64,000 nucleotides of DNA. Source: an uncultured Acidobacteriota bacterium. GTDB lineage: Bacteria; Acidobacteriota; UBA6911; RPQK01; JAPXNP01. Shown here piece by piece: positions 51,039 to 59,213 of the stretch; the stretch's first letter is position 1, and the number at the start of each line of letters is the position of its first letter. The notes beneath the pieces were generated by a model. That model saw only the letters and a list, made by a program, of their open reading frames with translations. It had not been told where the DNA came from and did no database searches. A program made the translations under genes and the position numbers. The DNA is taken from NCBI GenBank assembly GCA_963777605.1, contig CAVZRV010000030.1, positions 96,001 through 160,000 on the forward strand, read 5' to 3'.

Positions 51039-51179
51039 ATGATCGCCGGTTTACCCTGGACGGCCTGGCTGCTGCTGCTCGTTTCCGTAGGGTTGGGTCT
51101 CGGTATCGTTCTGAACTTCTATCGAACCCACCGGCGGAAAGGGCCTTCTGCTGCAGTGGATAACGACGAAACCGGCTGA
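51039..51179 (+). CDS. Small single-TM protein (putative symporter accessory subunit), not in the ORF track
   Basis: GGAGG RBS; MIAGLPWTAWLLLLVSVGLGLGIVLNFYRTHRRKGPSAAVDNDETG*; stop 4 nt before the symporter ATG. Confidence 0.75.
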   Translation: MIAGLPWTAWLLLLVSVGLGLGIVLNFYRTHRRKGPSAAVDNDETG

Positions 51180-51183
51180 AGGC

Positions 51184-52719
51184 ATGGCGTCTTACACGGT
51201 CATCGGTGTATTCATCGGATACCTCCTGGTTCTGCTGGGTTTCGGCGTCTGGGGAAGCCGGGAGTCAGACAGCATAGTCGGGTACTACCTGGCCGGCAAG
51301 AAGCTGCCATCGTGGGTGATCGCCTTTAGTTCCAACGCGACAGGTGAAAGCGGATGGCTCTTGTTGGGGCTGACCGGGATGGGGTACCTCGTGGGTATCC
51401 ACGCCCTCTGGGTTGTACTCGGTGAGGTGATGGGAGTAACGCTGGGTTGGGTGCTCGTCGCCCGGCCGTTCAAGGCATACACCGATCGGTATGGAGCCGT
51501 TACCGTGCCGGATTTCCTGGAGGCCCGCTTTCGGGACACCGGGCACTGGCTTCGGTTCCTGAGCGTCACGATTATCCTGTCGATGGTGACGGTGTACCTG
51601 GCGGCACAGCTGGTCGCCACCGGGAAGGCGTTTCAGACCTTCCTGGGGATGAGCTATGTCGGCGGGGTGCTGCTCGGCGCTGCCATCACACTGTTCTATA
51701 CGACGGTTGGCGGGTTCAAGGCTGTGGCCTACACGGACCTGCTGCAGGGAGTCCTGATGGCGGCGGGACTCGTAACCCTGGCGGTTGTGGGAATTGTTGC
51801 GGCCGGTGGCTGGCTGCCGTTGATGCATCAGCTCCAGGAGATCGACCCGGCGTTGCTACTCCCGATGGGAAAGCACGGCGTGTCCGCTTCCGGTGTGATC
51901 AGCGCGGTCGGTTTTGTTGGCGTCGGACTGGCATTCCTGGGTGTGCCGCAGCTGCTCGTACGATTCATGGCTGCCAAAAACGAACAGGAGATCGTCTCGG
52001 GAAGTGTCGTCGCTGTGATCTGCATCATCCTGTTCGACGTCGGAGCCGTCTTTTCCGGGATGGCTGGCCGAGTCCTGTTCCCAGGTCTGAAGGACGCGGA
52101 AACGATCATGCCCAGGATGAGCACGGACCTTTTCCCCCCCCTTATCACAGGGATCTTTGTGGTCGTCGTCTTGGCCGCCATCATGTCTACGGTTGATTCG
52201 CTCTTGATTCTGGCATCCTCGGCGGTGGTGCGAGACCTGGTCCAAAAGGTATTCCAGCCGGCTCTCCCAGAGCGTCGTCTTTCACGCTATGGCCAGTGGA
52301 CGACAGTTATTCTGGGTGTTCTGGCCATCCCGTTTGCCATAGCGCAAGTGCAGGTGATTTTCTGGTTTGTCCTGTTTGCCTGGTCAGGGCTGGCAACAGC
52401 CTTTGCACCGGTCGTGTTGTGCGCGCTCTTTTGGAAGCGCACCACTCTGCCCGGCGCGGTCGTCGGCATGGCTGGGGGGTTCCTGACGACCGTCCTCTGG
52501 GTATTGGCTTTCAAGGCGCAATTCTACGACCTCTACGAGATGATCCCAGGTTTTCTAGTGGGGACGATTCTAACGATTCTCGTAAGCCTCGGCACCGCTC
52601 GACCGGAAGGAGCCGGAGAAGAGTTCGAGTCGGTCAAGCGGGCTTTGGGATCGACTGCGCAGGGCACCAGACCAGAATGGGAGTCCCCCGGCTCTTCCGG
52701 GGAGGCAGCCGTAGTCTGA
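51184..52719 (+). CDS. Sodium/proline (PutP-like) solute symporter
   Basis: YYLAGKKL, SGWLLLGLxG, PDFLExRF, GGFKAVAYTD, GxPQLLVRFMA, LAAIMSTVDS, FAWSGL and YEMIPGF. Confidence 0.9.
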   Translation: MASYTVIGVFIGYLLVLLGFGVWGSRESDSIVGYYLAGKKLPSWVIAFSSNATGESGWLLLGLTGMGYLVGIHALWVVLGEVMGVTLGWVLVARPFKAYTDRYGAVTVPDFLEARFRDTGHWLRFLSVTIILSMVTVYLAAQLVATGKAFQTFLGMSYVGGVLLGAAITLFYTTVGGFKAVAYTDLLQGVLMAAGLVTLAVVGIVAAGGWLPLMHQLQEIDPALLLPMGKHGVSASGVISAVGFVGVGLAFLGVPQLLVRFMAAKNEQEIVSGSVVAVICIILFDVGAVFSGMAGRVLFPGLKDAETIMPRMSTDLFPPLITGIFVVVVLAAIMSTVDSLLILASSAVVRDLVQKVFQPALPERRLSRYGQWTTVILGVLAIPFAIAQVQVIFWFVLFAWSGLATAFAPVVLCALFWKRTTLPGAVVGMAGGFLTTVLWVLAFKAQFYDLYEMIPGFLVGTILTILVSLGTARPEGAGEEFESVKRALGSTAQGTRPEWESPGSSGEAAVV

Positions 52720-52831
52720 CATTTGCGGAACTCTGAGGGAGAGTTCCCCTTCGTAAGCCGACCAAAACTGCACGAAAGGGAGTTCAATGACGACAGCAGC
52801 ATCCGGGTGTCGATCGGTCGATCGAACCAAT

Positions 52832-54679
52832 GCGCGCCCACAGGCGCGCATTGTCAGGAGGGTGAGAGTCCCTCCAGGCCAGAGCTCTCCGGGCCTGTAA
52901 CCGAATGTTACTGCGCCGTCGTGAGACGGGGTGGGGGGCACAGGAGGTGAGTCACCGGTCCGTACGCGAGGAACTCGATTCGGCGATGTGTCTGGGCGAG
53001 CCTGCAGTGGAATGGCGAAGCCTGATCCGAAAGGACGGTTCTTCCTCTATATGGGTAGCTGTCAAAGAGAGAAGGGCGGGACATGGCGTGGTTGGAGACG
53101 GAACGGCGACAGAAGGCAATGCGACGCGAGCGTGGGGAGACCTGCCGACCCGGGAGAGGGTCGGACAGGAGTCCGAGTCCTCATAGTAGTGATGAAGGTC
53201 CTGTAATGGGACTGGAGCGAAGGGGGACAGGAAGGTGGAGACGAGACGACATGGGCAGCGAAGAGCAACCGACGGCAGTGTCTGAGACTAAACAAGTCGG
53301 AGAAGCCGGGTCCCGGTGGGACTGGGCGGAACGCAGCGTATGGACGGATCGGATGTTGAAGGCCCTGGAAACGGGAGTGAAAGGAGGAGCCTGGTTCAGC
53401 CTGATGGACAAGGTCTACGGTCGATGCAACTTGGGGGCGGCCTTTGCGAAAGTGAAGGCCAACCGGGGAGCGGCGGGAGTGGACCATGTCACGGTCGAGC
53501 AGTTCGACAAGCGCCTGGACGAGGAACTGGAACGGCTGCACGACAGCCTCAAGAACGGGACCTACCGCCGGCAGGGAATCCGTCGAAGCTATATCGACAA
53601 ACCGGGCAGCCGCGAGAAGCGGCCGCTGGGGATTCCGACGGTGCGGGATCGGGTAGTGCAGACGGCACTACGCAATGTATTGGAACCGATCTTTGAGGAA
53701 ACGTTCGCCGTGCGAAGTTTTGGTTTTAGTCGGGGCGCGGATGCAAGGATGCCTTACGGCAGGTGCAGCAGACGATCCAGAGCGGCCACTATTGGGTGGT
53801 CGATGCGGACATCCGCAGCTACTTTGACCGAATCTCCCACACCCGGCTTCGGGAGGAGATCCAGGGACAAGTGGCGGATGGACGCGTGCTGGAGTTGCTC
53901 GAGGCTTTCCTGAAACAGGAGATCTTCGAGGCGCTGCGGCACTGGACGCCGGAGGAAGGCTGTCCGCAAGGGGCGGTCATCAGTCCACTACTGGCCAACG
54001 TCTATCTCAATCCACTGGACCACCGGATGGAGCAAGCCGGTTTCGTGATGATCCGGTATGCCGATGATCTGGTGATCCTATGCCGAAGCGAGCAGGAAGC
54101 CCGCCGGGCGTGGCGACTGCTGGCGGAGTGGATGGAGGCGGTGGGGCTGGAATTGCATCCGGAGAAGACCCGAATCGTGGATCTTCACGAGGACGGGTTT
54201 GACTTCCTGGGGTACCACTTTCAAGCAGGCAGGTCCGGACTGCCGCGGCTGGTCAAGTATCCTCGGAAGAAGAGCATGCAGAAGCTTCGCGCCAATCTGA
54301 AGCCGCTGACCAAGCGGGCGAATGGGCGGAGTCTGGACGCGATCATCCGACTTGTGAATCTGCGACTGCGGGGCTGGTTTGGCTATTACAAACACAGTAA
54401 CCGCCGTACGTTTGAGCAAGTCGATATCTGGGTGCGCGGACGGCTCCGAGCCATTCTTCGCAAACGCCACGGTCTCCGCGGACGAGCGTGGGGTGCCGAC
54501 TACCAACGCTGGCCCAACGCCTATTTCCGCGAGCGCAGGCTGTTCTCCCTGACTGCAGCCTACGACTTGGCCACTTAATCCTCTTCGAGGTGAACCACCA
54601 ACTGGAGAGCCCGGTCCGGGAGAACCGGATGCTGGGTTCGGAGGGAAGGGTAGCGGACCAACCGCTATCCTACCCCTAG
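52832..54679 (+). mobile_element. Group II intron (RT-encoding, no endonuclease domain) with non-canonical termini GCGCG...AG
   Basis: DI basal stem CCCAC 52837/GTGGG 53132; GGGTGAGAGTCCC motif at 52860; DIII GTCC...GGAC; DV 54607-54639 with AGC triad; DVI with bulged A at 54672. Confidence 0.9.
53251..54578 (+). pseudogene. ltrA: Group II intron reverse transcriptase/maturase, frameshifted near 53730
   Basis: WFSLMDKVY, GAAGVD, RPLGIPTVRDRVVQ, then a -1 break in FGFRPGRGC, VVDADIRSYFD, GCPQGAVISPLLANVYL, RYADD, FDFLGY and thumb LRGWFGYY. Confidence 0.9.
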
Positions 54680-54799
54680 CGACAATCATTGCTTGACTAG
54701 GCAACCAGGATGCGAGGAGCATAGGGACGGTTCTTCCTCTTGTTTCAGCCATGCGCATTTTTGGGCAAACGATGCGGACGAGGAAAGGTGGTCCGAGGC

Positions 54800-57643
54800 A
54801 TGTTTTTTGTTCATCCCCTGCGATGTGGAGTCATTCTTACCCTGGTTTCCTTCTCAATGGCTTCTGAGCTGAAGGTGGGCTTTGCCGAGTTCACTCGAGA
54901 GAGTTCCGGGTCGAGTCCGGCGGCGAGTTCCTTATTCAGTCTCACAAATCCTCAGGGAATACTGATTTCGGAAGCGGGCGTCGAATCCAGCACCTTGTTG
55001 AGCCGGGGGCGAATCTTCGTGCAGCAGGATCAGCAGGTGGGCACGGGTATTGCTCTCGCAAACCCAACAGATTCTTCTCTTTCACTGAATCTGATTCTCC
55101 GCGATCTGAACGGGCAGGTGGCAGACCGAATAGATGACTTTGGGATAGGACCGCATCATCATGTTGCCCGATTTGTCAGCGAACTCTTCCCGGATGTGTC
55201 CAGCGAATTCACAGGCACCCTGACTTTGGAAGGGGTGGGACCGCTCGACAAAATAGCAGCTGTGACCCTCCGGCAGTCCACGAACGGATTCGGAGAGCCT
55301 CTTCTCACTACTCTTCCCGTCGTTGACCTGGACAGTGTGAGGGGGTCGGCCCCAGCCTCATCCAGCGAGTTCATCTTTCCCCATGTGGGCGCCGGGCCCG
55401 GCTTTTCCACTCAGCTCATTCTGATCAACCCCGGAACGGCTCGTACGGAAGGTGTCATCCACTTCAACTCTTCGAATGGAAAGAAGCTCGAACTTCAGTC
55501 AGGAGCAACGAAGGCGTCCAGTTTTCCGTTTGTGATTGCCCCTGACGGAGTCTTCTTTGGCGAGTTTGTTGCGCCTCCGGGGGGAGCGCTCGGAGTCGGT
55601 TACGCTCGAATTCAGGTGACGACCGGAGCCTTGCCGTCAGGCAGCGCCATTTTTCGATACACGGCAGGGGGGAAACCGATCTCAGAGGCCGGCGTCGGCG
55701 CACCACCTTCGATGAAGAGGGTGCGCCTCTTCGTGGATACCCGAGACACTTCTACTGGTTTTGCGATAGTCAACCCAAATACAGCTCCGCTGAACTTGAC
55801 GCTCCGGCTCCACGATGCCAATGGGAAATTGCAGTCGGAGACGAGCCGCCAACTGGCGGCCGGAAATCATCTTGCCCAGTTTGTGGGCGAGGCATTTGAA
55901 CTGGCCAGCCGGTTTGTCGGATTACTTGAGATCGAAAGCGACAGCAACTTCGTCCCGATCACCTTGAAGCTCACTCAGAACGCTCGCAGTCAGTCCATCC
56001 TGACGACGTTGCCGGTCGCCAATGTGGGGACTCCTGTTGCCGAACCACTGCTCGTCCTTCCCCAGGTCGCGACTGGAGAGAGCGTGATTGGTGAGTTCCT
56101 TACTCGCTTGGTCTTCATTGCTCCGGTTCAGGAGCAGTCGGTGAGTGGGAACCTTCAATTCTGGCAGGGGGTCGGAGAACCTCTGCAACTGTCTCTTTTT
56201 GACGGCACGATGGTCTATGCGATTGAGGACTCCGCGGTAGGGGAGATTGTCTTCAGTGATAGCCAGCTTGAGGCCAGGCTTGACAGACGTGAGAGTGTCA
56301 GCGCGGAAATCGGTTCAGAAGGGGGATCGCTCGTGCTCGAGGATTGCCTGAGCAGCCGGGTGAGCCTTGCTGTGCCGCCGTATGCGCTTCTCTCCTCGAG
56401 GGAGATCAAAATGACTTGTCTCGGATCCCGGCCTGTCGATACTCTGGGCAGCAACGTTTTTCCCGGGATATTGCTGGAGCCGAGCGGTCTGATCTTTCGG
56501 TACCCGGCAGAGCTCAGGGTCTTCCTTCCGGAACCGGTTGAGGACCCGGAGCGAAACTCCATCTTCACCCTTGGAGTCGATGGTATTCCCCGTCCGGTTT
56601 CGAACACTGCGGCGGCAGGGCAGTTCCTGGTTGGAGAGGTTCGTCATTTCAGCGAATACTGGGGAGATTCCGCTAACCTTGCCGATATCTTTAAATCGAT
56701 AGATCTGATCATTCTGGCGAAGGGGGATCCGGAGTTCCGAAAGAAATTGCTTGCGAAGTTCCGAGAGGAAATGGGGTATGAACTGAATATCGAGAAACTG
56801 GATATTGAGACGCTGGAGTTCATACGGAGTCTCGCAGAATTGGATGCATTTGCCCAATTCCGTCGCTTGACCGATATCCTGGGCGCCGACCTGGACAAGG
56901 TCCCGGATCCCCTGCGAGACTTTCTCGAAGTTCTGGTCCTCGATTTTAAGGCAAAACCCTTCCCGAAAAATCATTGCGGATACTTCCACTCTTTTGCGCT
57001 TGAGCTGAGAGATGTAGCCAAAATTGTCCTGGACTACGATCCTGATTTGGATGCCAAAATTGATCAACTGGATACTCTTTGCGTGCCTCCCGATCTGACC
57101 GGCTGGTGGAGAGCGGAATCTCGAGAACAGTCTGAATTCTGCGAGCGAATCATTACGCCGGTCACCCCATGTAACTGCGGCCCGGACGGATACGATCGGT
57201 TCACAGAATACGACTTCACCAAGCCCTATCGATTCTTCATCAATCAGGTCGGCTCCTATTTCACGATCAGCTTACCCGAGGAGCCGGGAACTCCGTTCTT
57301 CGTCGGAACCCTACAGGCGACCGGGAACATCCTTGCACCGTTTCATCTTCGGCTCGCCGTCCCCCCCGAAAATTCTCTGGAATGTAAGACCTTCTTCGAA
57401 ACGAAGGGTTCCTTCGAATTTGGAGATTCAATCTGCGTGCCGGACTACTACAACGAGTGCGAGCCGGTTTCCTGCTACGACCAGGAAACGTTGTGGGCCA
57501 CGGTCACGGGAGAGGGTCGAATTGAGGGTGTGTCCAGCTGGCTTATCGGAGCCAGGGTTATCGAATGGCTTGATGGCTGCTGCGACTATCTCACCAACAT
57601 TTCCTGCAGCGGCTCGGGCCCGTTTGTAGCCGTTCCGGATTAG
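54800..57643 (+). CDS. Large exported protein: repeated FP(Q/H)xAxG beta modules, ZU5-like domain with HFS, and Cys-rich C-terminus
   Basis: Signal peptide; two pairs of ISEAGV / TGxAxxNP / LTTLPV / FPHVGAGxGF modules; IGSEGGSL..LAVPPYAL..LEPSGLIF..EVRHFS; many Cys in the last ~200 aa. Confidence 0.8.
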   Translation: MFFVHPLRCGVILTLVSFSMASELKVGFAEFTRESSGSSPAASSLFSLTNPQGILISEAGVESSTLLSRGRIFVQQDQQVGTGIALANPTDSSLSLNLILRDLNGQVADRIDDFGIGPHHHVARFVSELFPDVSSEFTGTLTLEGVGPLDKIAAVTLRQSTNGFGEPLLTTLPVVDLDSVRGSAPASSSEFIFPHVGAGPGFSTQLILINPGTARTEGVIHFNSSNGKKLELQSGATKASSFPFVIAPDGVFFGEFVAPPGGALGVGYARIQVTTGALPSGSAIFRYTAGGKPISEAGVGAPPSMKRVRLFVDTRDTSTGFAIVNPNTAPLNLTLRLHDANGKLQSETSRQLAAGNHLAQFVGEAFELASRFVGLLEIESDSNFVPITLKLTQNARSQSILTTLPVANVGTPVAEPLLVLPQVATGESVIGEFLTRLVFIAPVQEQSVSGNLQFWQGVGEPLQLSLFDGTMVYAIEDSAVGEIVFSDSQLEARLDRRESVSAEIGSEGGSLVLEDCLSSRVSLAVPPYALLSSREIKMTCLGSRPVDTLGSNVFPGILLEPSGLIFRYPAELRVFLPEPVEDPERNSIFTLGVDGIPRPVSNTAAAGQFLVGEVRHFSEYWGDSANLADIFKSIDLIILAKGDPEFRKKLLAKFREEMGYELNIEKLDIETLEFIRSLAELDAFAQFRRLTDILGADLDKVPDPLRDFLEVLVLDFKAKPFPKNHCGYFHSFALELRDVAKIVLDYDPDLDAKIDQLDTLCVPPDLTGWWRAESREQSEFCERIITPVTPCNCGPDGYDRFTEYDFTKPYRFFINQVGSYFTISLPEEPGTPFFVGTLQATGNILAPFHLRLAVPPENSLECKTFFETKGSFEFGDSICVPDYYNECEPVSCYDQETLWATVTGEGRIEGVSSWLIGARVIEWLDGCCDYLTNISCSGSGPFVAVPD

Positions 57644-58340
57644 AGCGACCGGGAATCCATCCGATGTGAAATCTCTAGTTCGTGAGGGATGCCATGCCCC
57701 TGCCGGCCCCGGCTCTGCCGGTACACACTCCGGCTCTGAAAATCGATGTGATCCATGGGCCAGGAGGGTAGCCCCAAGTATTCCGAGTTGGAACCAGATT
57801 TCCGGTGGTTTGCGGGAGCTAGACCAATTTCGGAAATCTCTCGCTACCAGCGTGGCATAGAAGCACTGCCGTGCTTTCCGCTGTCCCAGGAATAGGCGAG
57901 TCTGACTACCACCAGGGATTGGAATCAGTTAAGTGGGGACCTATTGAGTGCCGTCTGCCCCCCGGTCAGTGCATTCCTTCATCGTTGCATCTTCAACCCT
58001 ACTCCACTTTAAATCTCCTGTTATGGAGTAGATGAACGCTTAGAACCTTGGAGCCCACTTGCGTCACTCACCCTGTGTGTTCGTCTTCAGCGAAAGTGGG
58101 ACAGTCGGGTCTCCGAATTAAGGGAGAGTGAACGTCTCAGCTGGTTCGACTGACTGTGTATTGACGCTTTTCCCACACAAGCATGTTTCCTAACCGGACC
58201 GGAGGGTGACTTTGGTTGGTTCCATTGAGTTGGAGTTGGATTGGCACGGGCACAATCACGGGCACAACCCCCCTTTTTGAGCGATTCTCAGCGAGCGGCC
58301 AAACAGCCGGAAACTCCCGTCAGGCGCGGGTTTGGGGTGC

Positions 58341-58382
58341 CGCGCTCGGCGCGATTCGAACGCGCGGCCTACGGATTAGAAG
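58341..58382 (-). other. 3' half of tRNA-Arg(TCT), att-site remnant of an integrative element
   Basis: Minus strand reads CTTCTAA TCCGT AGGCC GCGCG TTCGAAT CGCGC CGAGCGC G (anticodon loop through discriminator); no matching 5' half. Confidence 0.85.
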
Positions 58383-58559
58383 ACAGGAACTCTCGTGTTT
58401 CACAACCTCCTCATTTTCAACAAGTTATTGAAATCAAGCGAGTTTCCGTTTTGTCGACTTTGGCTCATTTTCCACGTTATGGCACGTTTTGGAAGGGTTT
58501 TCTCACACAGATTCTCACACGGGAAATGAGCAGGGGTTGCTTCTGTCCGCACCTTTGGC

Positions 58560-59085
58560 CAAGCGCTGCTCCACTGGGCTCGACTCTTGAAGAAGTTCCA
58601 CGAGGTCGATCCCTTGACCTGTCCTCGGTGCGGGAATCAGATGCAGATCATTGCCTTCATTGAAGAGTGGAGCGTCATCCGCAAGATCCTTCAGCACCTG
58701 AATCTGTCGGAGTACTCGCCGCGCTCTCCACCGCCGCCCCGCCTATTGCCGCACAAACTGGAGGCTTTCCTGGCCACCCTCTTTCCCCGCCAGGCACAAC
58801 AGGTGCTGCGAGCCTCCACCGACTATGTCTTTTGGGACGATGTTCCCGTCTACCCCGGCTGAAGAGCCACGGCTCTTCAGTTGCTGCCAATCTTGTTGCG
58901 CCTGCTATCCGCTCCCAGTTCGGGCTGATGTGCTGACTCATCTCATTCCAAGCCCCCTGAAAACGACAGCTGCAATTCCCTGCAGCCAATCTCTACCCAT
59001 ACCTGCTACCCAACCGCTCATCTCAGCGCTTTACGCGCCATTTCCGCTGAGATACACTCATCCCCGTAGAAAGCAAATTCCTATC
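58560..59085 (+). mobile_element. IS91/ISCR-like element remnant: transposase C-terminus and probable oriIS end
   Basis: HWARLLKKFHEVDPLTCPRCGxxMxIIAFI...IRKILQHL...RSPP (stop 58862); element end GCAAATTCCTATC at ~59073-59085. Confidence 0.75.
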
Positions 59086-59213
59086 GGCCTACACGATCGA
59101 ACGCGAGATCGGGAGCGGCGGGACGGCCACGGTCAGTGTCGAAGGGTATCTCACCACCTCCACCACAGAGACGGCTGCGTAAACGACATCTCGAAAGCGC
59201 GGGGGGCACCGAC

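Noticed and set aside
53083-54578. Retron, DGR or CRISPR-associated RT
   Set aside because: Clear group II intron DI-DVI RNA structure and maturase thumb; no msr/msd, TR/VR or cas genes.
52808-54700. Integron attC site as the intron target
   Set aside because: No RYYYAAC/GTTRRRY core sites and no cassette array or integrase.
58300-58420. Intact tRNA-Arg gene
   Set aside because: No D-arm or 5' acceptor strand, and the anticodon stem has no 5' partner.
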